Part shown: positions 28,304 through 37,193 of the stretch, piece by piece
Numbering within the stretch: the first letter of the stretch is position 1
Layout: the number at the start of each line of letters is the position of its first letter
IMG/VR virus record: IMGVR_UViG_2721755643_000006
Span: 1 to 49,995 of that record
Source: a virus
Lineage: Duplodnaviria > Heunggongvirae > Uroviricota > Caudoviricetes
Reading direction: 5' to 3' (one strand)
DNA: 49,995 bases
The notes under the pieces: generated by a model
What the model saw: only the letters and a program-made list of their open reading frames with translations
What the model was told of the DNA's origin: nothing
Database searches by the model: none
Translations under genes and position numbers: made by a program

Positions 28304-28834
28304 TTACTGAAGAGATTTACCCTCCTCAAAAATCTTCACAAAATTCCTGCGAGTAACTTCAATGCAATAATCGTAAAACGCCGCAAACTGCTCATCGCGG
28401 CGTTTTTTTTCATCTTCAGAAGGAATCAGCACCGACAATTTTTTCTCCAGTTTTTCAATGGGCGATTCAATATCATCTTTTTCTGACCGCAATGCCGTCG
28501 GTGGCGTCTTCAGAGAACCAGTAATTCTTCCCGGTAGCTTTCCTTTGTAGGTTATCCACACATTCTGCGCCTCTAAAATTATGGGGCGCTTTTCCGGCGA
28601 CTGCTCATCCCCTTCACATAACCCGGCAGCAACATCCAGGAATACCTGTCTGATTCTCATTCTGGCCGCTGCCTCATAAAACTCCAGCGCGGCACCTTCA
28701 ACACGGTCCAGCGAGATGTCCAGGTCAAAAATTTCACCGTCAAAGCGTTTTTTGTCCCGTAACGCTAAAGTTACCGCAACTTTATTCTCAAAATTGCGGA
28801 TCCCTTTCACAATCAGTTCATAGTTTTGTGTCAT
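28304..28834 (-). CDS. Conserved lysis-cassette protein between holin and endolysin (YdfR-like), function unknown
   Basis: 176-aa ORF; N-terminus MTQNYELIVKGIRNFENKVAVTLALRDKKRFDGEIFDLDISLDRVEGAALEFYEAAAR resembles E. coli Qin YdfR as far as memory allows; position mirrors essQ-ydfR-rrrQ. Confidence 0.55.
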   Translation of the reverse strand: MTQNYELIVKGIRNFENKVAVTLALRDKKRFDGEIFDLDISLDRVEGAALEFYEAAARMRIRQVFLDVAAGLCEGDEQSPEKRPIILEAQNVWITYKGKLPGRITGSLKTPPTALRSEKDDIESPIEKLEKKLSVLIPSEDEKKRRDEQFAAFYDYCIEVTRRNFVKIFEEGKSLQ

Positions 28835-28838
28835 TGAA

Positions 28839-29054
28839 TTACTCTCCCCGCGCAGCCTTACGCTTGTCTTCTCTTATTTTGAAATACAGATTCGTCAGAT
28901 AAGTCAGAAGCCCCAGAAGCAGACTTCCCAGCACACCAATCGCAGCCCACTGTGATGGACTGACCTGATCCAACCACTGCAAAAACCAGTAGCCGGCACT
29001 GCCGGCGGAGGTGCCGTAGGCAATGCCTGTTGATATTTTTTCCATCTGATACAT
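28839..29054 (-). CDS. S: Pinholin, phage 21 S-type, with dual-start motif
   Basis: 71 aa; [62 protein letters not shown] matches S21; Met1 and Met4 (MYQMEK) as in S71/S68. Confidence 0.88.
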   Translation of the reverse strand: MYQMEKISTGIAYGTSAGSAGYWFLQWLDQVSPSQWAAIGVLGSLLLGLLTYLTNLYFKIREDKRKAARGE

Positions 29055-29091
29055 ATCCCGCCCCCCGACAGACCTGTGCTATCGGAAAGAA

Positions 29092-29125
29092 AAAAGGCCA
29101 TCAGCAAAACTCTGATGGCCTGAAT
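29092..29125 (-). terminator. Rho-independent terminator just upstream of the lysis genes
   Basis: Minus-strand hairpin GGCCATCAG-AGTTTTG-CTGATGGCC followed by TTTTTTCTTTCC, ~40 bp upstream of the holin start. Confidence 0.6.
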
Positions 29126-29734
29126 CACCTTTACCAATATTGTATGAAAAAACACGCACGACTAATTGACAATAATTTTCATTTCCATTAAAAAAGATCG
29201 CGTAGCATTCTTAATTCATGAGGAACTTTACCCGCCAGCAATCTGAGTAGCGAAAGCTGTTCATCCCCAATGTTTTTGCTGGCGGGTCCTTTTTTCTACG
29301 GTCCTCCTCCCCGGAGGGGGGCATTTCATTATTTTTCTAATCGTTACTGGTGAGAAGGCGGAAGAAAAAGCCAGTTCTTCGCCCCTAAATAACAGCATGA
29401 TTCCAGTCCATGCAAAATCTGATTTCCAGCTCACACATACCGAGCGCTGTACAAAAAACCGCCAGCCAAGGCAGTTAAGAGTGTGTTCCCGGGGTTTGCT
29501 TAGAATATTTTGTAAGTTGTCCGAAGAGATATTTACAACACCAGAATGATGAATCATCAGTCCCCTGCCAGAGGTTCACTACGTAACCTGACCGACAATG
29601 CACCATTCTGGTGCTGAAAAAAGAGCACTGGAACTGCAACAAAACAACATCACAGAACAGGAGATGGTAAGGAGTCAGACATTCCCACACAATATTGTGT
29701 CAGTGCAAATAACAACCTTCGTCTCAAATCTCGC

Positions 29735-29809
<75 letters not shown>

Positions 29810-29812
29810 ATA

Positions 29813-29888
<76 letters not shown>

Positions 29889-29890
29889 GC

Positions 29891-29967
29891 TGGCCCACCA
29901 CCGAGGACTCGAACCTCGCACCGTCAACTTAGAAGGTTGATGCTCTATCCGGATGAGCTAGTGGTGG
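29891..29967 (-). tRNA. tRNA-Arg (anticodon TCT)
   Basis: 77-nt cloverleaf: anticodon stem TCAAC/GTTGA, loop CTTCTAA, T-arm CGAGG-TTCGAGT-CCTCG, CCA end. Confidence 0.75.
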
Positions 29968-29968
29968 T

Positions 29969-30044
29969 TGGTGGCCCTTGCTGGACTTGAACCAGCGACC
30001 TGGCGATTATGAGTCGCTCGCTCTCACCACTGAGCTAAAGGGCC
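29969..30044 (-). tRNA. tRNA with CAT anticodon, ileX/ileZ-like (Ile2 or Met)
   Basis: GGCCCTTTAGCTCAGTGGT.AGAGC...GACTCATAATCGC...GGTCGCTGGTTCAAGTCCAGCA.GGGCCACCA is nearly identical to E. coli tRNA-Ile2 as recalled. Confidence 0.8.
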
Positions 30045-30084
30045 GATAACATAATGATAACGTTACAGAATAAATTCAGCAATA

Positions 30085-31143
30085 TCACTCTCTCTTTCTG
30101 ATTGAATTCTGTACATCTCTTGCGGTCTGCTCAAAACGTTCAGCCTCCAGCTCGACACCAATTGCACGACGCCCCAGCGCCATCGCTGCTTTGACTGTCG
30201 AACCGGACCCCATGAAGAAATCTGCAACCAGGTCACCCGGACGACTGCTGGCGGTAATCATTTGCCGCAACATATCTGCCGGTTTTTCACAGGGATGTTT
30301 GCCCGGATAATACTGCACAGGCTTGTGCGTCCAGACATCCGTATAAGGAACGGCTGCCGATACGGAAAAATAACGCCGCAGGGATTTGTACTCTTCCAGC
30401 AGGCTGGCATACTGCCGGTTCAGCTCACTGTATGTGCTGACCAGTTGGTGATGTGGCTTTTCCAGTTCACCCCGCTGATGTTTCTCTTCTGCCACCCGGG
30501 CAAACAGCACCTGAAGTTTTCTGTAATCATCCTCGTTCGGTAACTGCCACTGGCTGGCACTGAACCAGTGCGACACCATGTTTTTCTTTCCTGAGACATC
30601 AGCAATCTGTTTTGCCGTTATCCCCAGAGCCGCACGCGCATCACGAAAGTAAGAAATCAGCGGAGCCATCACATGCTGTTTCAGTGCCCTGCCCTTCGCC
30701 TCATAGCCATCATCTTTTGGACGATACGGCCCCTGATAATGTTCCGCGAACAGAATGCGCTCTGTGGCGGGGAAATACGCCCGCAGGCTTTCCTTGTTGC
30801 ACCCGTTCCAGCGCCCGGACGGCTTCGCCCAGATAATGTGGTTCAGCACATTAAAGTGCTCACGCATCATGATTTCGATATCAGATGCCAGGCGATGACC
30901 ACAGAACAGGTAGAGACTTCCGGCAGGCTTCAGTACCCGCCAGAATTGCGCCAGACACTGATCCAGCCATTTCAGGTAATCCTCGTCGCCCTTCCACTGG
31001 TTATCCCAGCCCTCGGGCTTCACTTTAAAGTATGGCGGGTCTGTGACTATCAGATCGACAGAGTTTTCCGGTAAGGTCTGGATAAATTCCAGGCAATCAG
31101 CGTTGATTAACTCACAACTGGATATTTTTACAGTATTAGTCAT
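30085..31143 (-). CDS. Orphan DNA methyltransferase (N6-adenine/N4-cytosine, DPPY motif)
   Basis: N-terminal motif IV VTDPPYF followed later by SAM-binding FFMGSGST; no adjacent restriction gene. Confidence 0.85.
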   Translation of the reverse strand: MTNTVKISSCELINADCLEFIQTLPENSVDLIVTDPPYFKVKPEGWDNQWKGDEDYLKWLDQCLAQFWRVLKPAGSLYLFCGHRLASDIEIMMREHFNVLNHIIWAKPSGRWNGCNKESLRAYFPATERILFAEHYQGPYRPKDDGYEAKGRALKQHVMAPLISYFRDARAALGITAKQIADVSGKKNMVSHWFSASQWQLPNEDDYRKLQVLFARVAEEKHQRGELEKPHHQLVSTYSELNRQYASLLEEYKSLRRYFSVSAAVPYTDVWTHKPVQYYPGKHPCEKPADMLRQMITASSRPGDLVADFFMGSGSTVKAAMALGRRAIGVELEAERFEQTARDVQNSIRKRE

Positions 31144-31293
31144 AGATCAATAAGCACTTCTCTGATAGGCTCATTCTGCTTTTGCGCAAAGCAGATGGGC
31201 CTGAGGTTTGCTTGTGATCCCAACGCATGAGCAGATGGCTGGCAGGTGCCGCTAACACCCACCAGCCGCCCATTACCACAAATAAAAAAGCCT

Positions 31294-31473
31294 TCACTGC
31301 GGAAGGCGTCTGTAACAACCGAACTGATAATCTGCCAGACCCGCCATAACAAGCTGGGTCAGTATTAACTGGCAGCGTTCGCGTGAAAGATAAATGTTCT
31401 GCGCAATTTCCCCGACGGTCGCCGGTTCGGTGACGCTTAATTCATTAAACACCACTCTGGCGGTTTCGGTCAT
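31294..31473 (-). CDS. Small hypothetical protein, possible winged-helix DNA-binding
   Basis: Short ORF between antirepressor-like gene and methyltransferase; weak call. Confidence 0.3.
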   Translation of the reverse strand: MTETARVVFNELSVTEPATVGEIAQNIYLSRERCQLILTQLVMAGLADYQFGCYRRLPQ

Positions 31474-31715
31474 ATCCTGCTGTTTTAGCATGTCTTTTCC
31501 CTTTTCTGGTTAACGTGACATACCAATAACTCTTGTCTAAAAAGCCAGCAAGCTGAAAGACCGATATTCTCAACCACCAGCGCGTTTAACGTCCTGTACC
31601 GCTTTTCGGGCACAAAAAAAACCCGCTCATCGGCGGGTTTAAGCTGTGTGGCGTAGTAACCACTCTTAACAGGATATTCAACTTTTTACGATCGTAAAGC
31701 GTTCGGGGAAAATTT

Positions 31716-32276
31716 TTAAAGCCGCATCAGTCGTTCCACCAGCTGCTCTTTACGGGCAACGATCCAGCCGCGTTGTTCCAGATAAAATTTGAACCGTTCC
31801 AGAGTGCATACCATCACATCGGCAGGTACTTTTTCCGTGAAGTCGACCTGACCGTGTTTATCGAAGTGGATCAGTAATGCGCATCCATCATTTTCGGTGG
31901 GGGAATTTTGTGTTGCTGGTGGCTGTTTCTGGCTGAAATAACAGTCTTCCAGTTTTTCGAATACTTCCCACGCCTGATCGGTTTCGAGCATTTTGGCGTG
32001 ACGGGCTGCTCCGCGTTCTGTCCAGAGGATGAGGTGCTTTGTACGCGGTGCAACTAAGTTACTTTGAGTAACCTTGTTCTTAAATTCCCGCAATTCAGCC
32101 CCTTCCAATTTGAAGTAGTGTTTCCCACAAACAAAACGCTCGGCATTGCGTGTATAGTTCACTTTGATGTTATTAGTTTCGGTGCCATAAAGTTGTGCCA
32201 AAAGCTCGGTAGTAATGACAGGGATTTGGTTATGGGTAATCGGGGAAAGAGTTTCAACTGAGATTTGAATAGCCAT
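31716..32276 (-). CDS. Phage antirepressor-like protein (N-terminal Ant/ORF6N-type domain plus C-terminal domain shared with the Rha-like gene at 45098)
   Basis: LAQLYGTETNNIKVNYTRNAERFVCGKHYFKLEG; C-terminal LIHFDKHGQVDFTEKVPADVMVCTLERFKFYLEQRGW parallels VVHFDKFGNVEFTETVPDGALVCTLETFRFYLEKQGW in the other gene. Confidence 0.7.
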   Translation of the reverse strand: MAIQISVETLSPITHNQIPVITTELLAQLYGTETNNIKVNYTRNAERFVCGKHYFKLEGAELREFKNKVTQSNLVAPRTKHLILWTERGAARHAKMLETDQAWEVFEKLEDCYFSQKQPPATQNSPTENDGCALLIHFDKHGQVDFTEKVPADVMVCTLERFKFYLEQRGWIVARKEQLVERLMRL

Positions 32277-32352
32277 AGGATGATCCTTTTTCTATGTGAA
32301 TCATCACCAACCTGAGACCAATCAGGGTGGTGAGCTGGCGGCGTTGGTCTTA

Positions 32353-32384
32353 CCGGGAAAAAGGAACCGGCGCGCCGGAGCGCC
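32353..32384 (-). terminator. Candidate tR'-like terminator downstream of Q
   Basis: Minus-strand GC hairpin (GGCGC-loop-GCGCC within CCGGCGCGCCGG) followed by TTCCTTTTTCC. Confidence 0.3.
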
Positions 32385-32510
32385 ACCGCCAACCCACCAT
32401 AATGCGAGTGTGGCTATGCAAACGACAATAAAAAAGACGCGAGCGCGCCTATTGCCGCCTTTTTCATCCGGGAGACCAATCCCGACGCCAGATTTTGCTG
32501 ACGCGTGAGG

Positions 32511-32540
32511 AATATAGCCCCGGACAATGTGTCTGGTCAA
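32511..32540 (-). promoter_or_regulatory. Candidate late promoter (pR'-like) just after Q
   Basis: Minus-strand TTGACC, 18-bp spacer, TATATT, beginning 5 bp after the Q stop. Confidence 0.3.
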
Positions 32541-32544
32541 GCTA

Positions 32545-32940
32545 CTACATGATTCGTTCTACGTATCTGTCCATCTCCAGTCGGATATCAAGCATCATCA
32601 ACATGCCATCAATAACCCCTTCCGCTTTCTGCAGGCGCTTGCCAATACAGGTATCCGAACACCCATGCTTTCGTGCCAGCCCCATAAAAGTCATTCCACC
32701 TACGTAATAATCCACCAACAAATCGTGCAAATCCTGATTTTTCTTGTTCAACCGGGCCATACAGCCACAAATTATCATTGCATCATCATCAGAACACTGA
32801 GGGCGTGATTTCACTTTCGGCGGGATTAATCCTTTAAAACCAGCAGCTATTGACGCCCATGACACATCTTCGTGATTGTTTGCAGCCCATGCTCCCCACC
32901 GCTCCATAACCTGCTGAATATCACGCACCATCGTTATCAC
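32545..32940 (-). CDS. Q: Late-gene antiterminator Q (DLP12 QuuD-type)
   Basis: [60 protein letters not shown]...[37 protein letters not shown] matches QuuD as recalled. Confidence 0.8.
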   Translation of the reverse strand: MITMVRDIQQVMERWGAWAANNHEDVSWASIAAGFKGLIPPKVKSRPQCSDDDAMIICGCMARLNKKNQDLHDLLVDYYVGGMTFMGLARKHGCSDTCIGKRLQKAEGVIDGMLMMLDIRLEMDRYVERIM

Positions 32941-33299
32941 CTGTAATTTCGTAAATCTTCACACCCAGCCGCCCCCCCAGGAACGAGCTGACCGCGCACA
33001 ATATTGATTTCATCAAACTGCTCGTCGTCTATGAGAAGTCCGGCATGCGTCAGCGCATCCAGTGGTGCTTTCAGGATATTGTCCAGGTCACGACGACGTT
33101 TATCCGGTGGCTCTGCAATCACCTTTATCGCCAGCCTTCCGGACAGGCTTAATTTCAACTGCTGCTGGCGAACAATAAGCGCCACATCACGGCGATAACG
33201 CTTTCCGGCTTCCGAGATGAAATACGTATTGCCATGACGTCGCCAGTAGGTATTCACCGTCGGCGGGTAAGGCAAAACAAATTCTATGCGTTCGGTCAT
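32937..33299 (-). CDS. rusA: Holliday junction resolvase RusA
   Basis: 120 aa; [28 protein letters not shown] matches the RusA active-site region. Confidence 0.88.
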   Translation of the reverse strand: MTERIEFVLPYPPTVNTYWRRHGNTYFISEAGKRYRRDVALIVRQQQLKLSLSGRLAIKVIAEPPDKRRRDLDNILKAPLDALTHAGLLIDDEQFDEINIVRGQLVPGGAAGCEDLRNYR

Positions 33300-34358
33300 T
33301 CATGCTTTCCACTTCAGGACACCCGAATTTCTCGCGTGCATTAAAAAACGAATCAGCAACAACAGCTGGCTGCCGTGTTTTTCTTCAAAATCTTTTACCC
33401 CGGTGTGCAGTTCGTTATGACATTTACGGCACAACGGAATAACAAACAAATCGTCAGCCTTTGTTCCCATCCCTCCCAGTCCATGACCAATGATGTGATG
33501 CGGATCATCTGCCTGATTGCCACACGTCATGCATTTCTGCGTTTTTACCCAGCGCGTGTATACAGGCATCTCTTCCCGTTGTGGTTTCTGGCGCTGGAGA
33601 TACTGAGCCGGAGATTCCGGATCAACGGCAATGCTGACCACCGTCTCTTCCTGTGGTGGATTCTGTTGCTGGTGGACGTGAGGCGGTAGCGCAATATTTT
33701 TTGTGCGCTGCTTTAGTATGCTGGTGGCAGTCTGCTCTCCCGGTATGATGTCGCTTTCGCGGTACACTGAGCGGATTTTTTCCGCACGCAACCCCAGAGA
33801 ACGACGTAATACTGCCTCCGGTAGCGCGTCCGCCACCTGATTGCAGACCGCCCACCAGGATAATTCAGCCAGCGATAATTCCCGCTCCTGCGTGCCATTC
33901 ACTGCATGGCGTATGACGTCAATCATCCATGCTGACAGGTTTTGATGAGCAAGTTGCCCGAGTGATTCGGATGTCTGGTCACGCAGCTGGTTGTCGCAGT
34001 GCCAGCACAACACCATCGCGCCGGTACCATAACGATGTATGACGATTTCACTGTGATGATAGTCACCATGAGGCCACTGGCAGGATTTAACATGACGCAG
34101 GAGCCAGTCAGACAGTGCACCAGCGCCGCAGGCAGCACGAACCACCCGCTCATCGCTGAAAAATGGCAGCAGAGATTTGTCTTCCGCCAGCGGCTGGCGA
34201 ACGGCAGGAACGACCCCGGACGGCAGACCGCGCATGCTTTTTGGTTCCGGTTCAACCAGCACTCTGCCGTTATGGAATACCTGCATGGATTCACGGCCTG
34301 GCTTAACGATAACCACCCCAAGTTCCGGTACCAGAACAGGTCGAAGTAATACCCGCAC
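33300..34358 (-). CDS. DUF968-family protein with HNH-like Cys/His C-terminus (YdfU-like)
   Basis: C-terminal CMTCGNQADDPHHIIGHGLGGMGTKADDLFVIPLCRKCHNELH; typical nin-region gene. Confidence 0.65.
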   Translation of the reverse strand: MRVLLRPVLVPELGVVIVKPGRESMQVFHNGRVLVEPEPKSMRGLPSGVVPAVRQPLAEDKSLLPFFSDERVVRAACGAGALSDWLLRHVKSCQWPHGDYHHSEIVIHRYGTGAMVLCWHCDNQLRDQTSESLGQLAHQNLSAWMIDVIRHAVNGTQERELSLAELSWWAVCNQVADALPEAVLRRSLGLRAEKIRSVYRESDIIPGEQTATSILKQRTKNIALPPHVHQQQNPPQEETVVSIAVDPESPAQYLQRQKPQREEMPVYTRWVKTQKCMTCGNQADDPHHIIGHGLGGMGTKADDLFVIPLCRKCHNELHTGVKDFEEKHGSQLLLLIRFLMHARNSGVLKWKA

Positions 34359-34359
34359 G

Positions 34360-34638
34360 TTACCTCCAGATGCGTTGCTGGAATATGCGGGACGGACGCG
34401 GTGGGCGTTCGGAGTAAGGGAGTCTGACTGAGATTATCCAGTGACGGTAGTCGAGGCTAAGAGCTTTCTTAACCTCGTATCCGCGCCTGCGGTAACACTG
34501 AATTATCCATTCCGCCTGCTCTTCAGTGCATGGAGGATGCTGGAACCAGTCTGATTTGAATGCGTGAAAACGCCGTCCGCACCTACTGGCAAAGACGGCA
34601 GAATCATTAGAATTGTGTAATTTGGTATCGTGCGCCAT
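34360..34638 (-). CDS. Hypothetical protein (nin-region)
   Basis: 92-aa ORF from MAHDTKLHNS; weak ribosome-binding site; no family recognised. Confidence 0.4.
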   Translation of the reverse strand: MAHDTKLHNSNDSAVFASRCGRRFHAFKSDWFQHPPCTEEQAEWIIQCYRRRGYEVKKALSLDYRHWIISVRLPYSERPPRPSRIFQQRIWR

Positions 34639-34805
34639 CGGTTGTCTCTGCTGGCGCAGCAGGTGCCAGTTGTTCAGGCTGGCGTGCGAATTGTAAACCA
34701 GAATGCCAGGAAAAAACAAAACCCGCCGAAGCGGGTTACGTGCGGGTGCGTTGAGGATGCCTGACACATCAGAGGTGGCGAGGGATTTCTCCCTCGCCTG
34801 GTCTC

Positions 34806-34961
34806 TTACTCCTCAGGTTCGTAAGCTGTGAAGACAGCGACCTCCGTCTGGCCGGTTCGGATTCGTACCTCGCAGAGGTCTTCCCTCGTTACCAGTGCCG
34901 TCACTATGACGGTTAAACAGATGACGATCAGGGCGACTAACATCGCCTTTTGCTGCTTCAT
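34806..34961 (-). CDS. hok: Hok/Gef-family type I toxin
   Basis: MKQQKAMLVALIVICLTVIVTALVTREDLCEVRIRTGQTEVAVFTAYEPEE is nearly identical to E. coli HokD/RelF. Confidence 0.88.
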   Translation of the reverse strand: MKQQKAMLVALIVICLTVIVTALVTREDLCEVRIRTGQTEVAVFTAYEPEE

Positions 34962-35296
34962 AGCCTGCTTCTCCTTGCCTTCCGGCACGTAAGAGGCTAA
35001 CCTACATTTGTGAGACATAGATTGGGCCTCAGATTAATGTTAAGCGTCCTGCAAGACGCGTAATGTTAACTGGGGCTTTTCTCTGTCTGCCTTACAGTGG
35101 CATGCCCGAGGCAGACAGCCTCAAGCACCCGCAGCCATTCTACTTAACCTTTTAGCTGTTTCCAACATTTTATCTTTGCACCAAAATTCGCTCGCAACCT
35201 ATCGATAAATCTAGAATTTTTAAATTAATAGATTGCAATAACATGCGATGTTCTCTTTAACCAAAATCAGGTCACACAAAAACCATTCTACAATTT

Positions 35297-35331
35297 TTGT
35301 TGACTAATTATCTGATAATGGTTTAATGTAT
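35297..35331 (+). promoter_or_regulatory. Candidate sigma70 promoter for the XRE/ImmA cassette
   Basis: TTGACT, 17-bp spacer, TTAATG/TAATGT in a very AT-rich leader ~45 bp upstream of the AGGAGG site. Confidence 0.4.
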
Positions 35332-35376
35332 CTTCAATGGTAGTAAAAGACTACCTCCCTTGATTAGGAGGTCACA

Positions 35377-35733
35377 ATGCAAGTTACAGCTCTTGGTAGG
35401 TTCTTACGGAAAATCCGTATTGATAAAGATCAGATATTGAAAGACATGGCAGAAAAACTTGGTGTGAGTGTCGCTCAACTTTCTGCAATTGAATTAGGTA
35501 AGCGTTCAATATCTGCTGATTTTGTAGACAAATTCATGAACGTTTATGCAGACACAGTCATCAGCAGAGATGATTTTCAATGTCTGGTGGACGTATCTCA
35601 ACCAGTTCATAAAGAAGATTTTAAGAATACTTCTTACAAGCACCGAGAATTGTTCGTCACCTTTGCGCGTAAGTATAAAGAGCTTCCAGAAAGTGAAGCA
35701 AATGACTGGCTTGAGAAGATAAAAAAAATGTAA
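35377..35733 (+). CDS. XRE-family helix-turn-helix transcriptional regulator
   Basis: N-terminal HTH (LRKIRIDKDQILKDMAEKLGVSVAQLSAIELGKRSIS); AGGAGG 7 nt upstream of ATG. Confidence 0.8.
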   Translation: MQVTALGRFLRKIRIDKDQILKDMAEKLGVSVAQLSAIELGKRSISADFVDKFMNVYADTVISRDDFQCLVDVSQPVHKEDFKNTSYKHRELFVTFARKYKELPESEANDWLEKIKKM

Positions 35734-35747
35734 GGTCAAAGTCAAAG

Positions 35748-36305
35748 ATGAAACAAAAGCGATTACTGTGTAATAAAGTAAATTTTATTGCTCCTCAAAC
35801 CATATGGAAAGTTGCTGCCGCCGCGCGCCAAAAAGCAAGGCAGTATCTCCCAGCGACATCGGATCCTTCAATTGACATTGTTAGGTTATTAGACAGGCTA
35901 AACGATACCGGTGCAATTTCGATGGAAATTTGTGAAATTCATGAAATGCCGCATGAGTATGCTAAGGCAAGACCTGCATTAGGCGAGTTATACGTACGTA
36001 AAGACACTTACATTAATGCAGCAAACGGCGTACCACGTGATCGTTTTACTCTGGCTCACGAATTAGGGCATTTAATTCTTCATGCGGATGTTACGCCTGA
36101 ATTTGCTTTCTCACAGACATCCTCCAATCATGACTTTAGAGAGGACGCAGAATGGCAAGCAAACGAATTTGCCGCTTGGTTCCTGGTTGATCCGCAAGAG
36201 AAAGAGATGATCAAAACCCCAAAAGAAATTGCTGTTAACTTCAAAGTTAGCCATGAAGTCGCAGGGATCTTGTGGAGGAAATTTCGTGAAAACCAGATCA
36301 TTTAA
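35748..36305 (+). CDS. ImmA/IrrE-family zinc metallopeptidase (COG2856-like)
   Basis: HEXXH motif in LAHELGHLILH with a downstream conserved Glu region (EWQANEFAAWFL); immediately follows the XRE gene. Confidence 0.8.
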   Translation: MKQKRLLCNKVNFIAPQTIWKVAAAARQKARQYLPATSDPSIDIVRLLDRLNDTGAISMEICEIHEMPHEYAKARPALGELYVRKDTYINAANGVPRDRFTLAHELGHLILHADVTPEFAFSQTSSNHDFREDAEWQANEFAAWFLVDPQEKEMIKTPKEIAVNFKVSHEVAGILWRKFRENQII

Positions 36306-36466
36306 TCGGCAAAAGAGCGCCAACTCTTTTGCCGATAAGGATAACGATTCTGAGAGCTTACTCACCGCTCTTAGAGCATCACTACCCGCCTACTTAATGA
36401 TTCACACCTTTAGTGTAGGCGTTTTGGTGATGACTTGTAAAGGTGAGATTTACAGGAAATCAAACC

Positions 36467-36610
36467 ATGACTACAGAAATGAACGCCAAAGGCGAAGAAG
36501 TTGTGATTGTGTTTACCCCGTACATTACTCGTGGTGGTAAACGTATTTTTAAGAAAGATGGTGGATATTATCGTCTAGAAATTCCTAAAGACAAGTACCG
36601 CCAGCGATGA
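36467..36610 (+). CDS. Small basic protein (47 aa), third ORF of the XRE/ImmA cassette
   Basis: MTTEMNAKGEEVVIVFTPYITRGGKRIFKKDGGYYRLEIPKDKYRQR; AGGAAA upstream; followed by a terminator; below the ORF-track length cutoff. Confidence 0.4.
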   Translation: MTTEMNAKGEEVVIVFTPYITRGGKRIFKKDGGYYRLEIPKDKYRQR

Positions 36611-36627
36611 GCAGCTAATGATGATCT

Positions 36628-36650
36628 AAGGGGCATTCGCCCCTTTTTAT
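36628..36650 (+). terminator. Rho-independent terminator closing the plus-strand cassette
   Basis: AAGGGGC-ATTC-GCCCCTT followed by TTTAT. Confidence 0.6.
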
Positions 36651-36659
36651 GTAGTCATA

Positions 36660-36854
36660 TCACTCCCATTTAATTTGCTGAGAACCGTGATTTCTCCAGC
36701 GGTTTTGTGTCGCGCTGGGCTTGTTGAGGGAACACATCACAATATCAGTTGTGTTTGTGAACAATCCCATTCTGCGGTTACTGAGTTTTAACCATTGCTG
36801 GACGCCGCGAGCGTTTCTACAGGTCAAAAGAATTTTTGCTTTACGGTTTTTCAT
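36660..36854 (-). CDS. Small hypothetical protein (64 aa)
   Basis: MKNRKAKILLTCRNARGVQQW... with AGGAGAG upstream; AT-rich. Confidence 0.4.
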   Translation of the reverse strand: MKNRKAKILLTCRNARGVQQWLKLSNRRMGLFTNTTDIVMCSLNKPSATQNRWRNHGSQQIKWE

Positions 36855-37193
36855 CGTTTTGCTCTCCTGCGTTTCTTTGCTGCACGTCGTGCCGCGGCAA
36901 TACCGGTATGGCGATTTGGTGCCGGGATGACGTTGCCAGCCATCAGGACATGCGGCATAACTATTAATGCTGCCCCATGAAACCAGACCAGATAAGGCGA
37001 TATCAGCATTACTCACCCCAACACCCATTCTTTAGTTAATTCTGTCATTTTTATTGCCGCCCTTTCGGGCGACCACCTGATGTATTGAGGGTGCAGGAAC
37101 CCCTCCGGTTAAGGATTAAATTTTATTTACAGAACTGAATTTAATTATTCAGATATACGTATCTGTAACCTTACGAACAAACTCACTGGATGC

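Noticed and set aside
28090-28356. 88-aa plus-strand ORF between endolysin and the YdfR-like gene
   Set aside because: GTG start only, nearest SD-like sequence is 23 nt away and serves a 3-codon ATG ORF; overlaps the 3' end of the YdfR-like gene. Kept only as a question in the findings.
36229-36540. 103-aa plus-strand ORF downstream of ImmA
   Set aside because: Overlaps both the ImmA 3' end and the better-supported 47-aa ORF in another frame; no start signals.
37053-37070. Hairpin GCCGCCC-TTTC-GGGCGAC as a terminator
   Set aside because: No U-run follows on either strand (A-rich on the minus transcript, non-T on the plus transcript).
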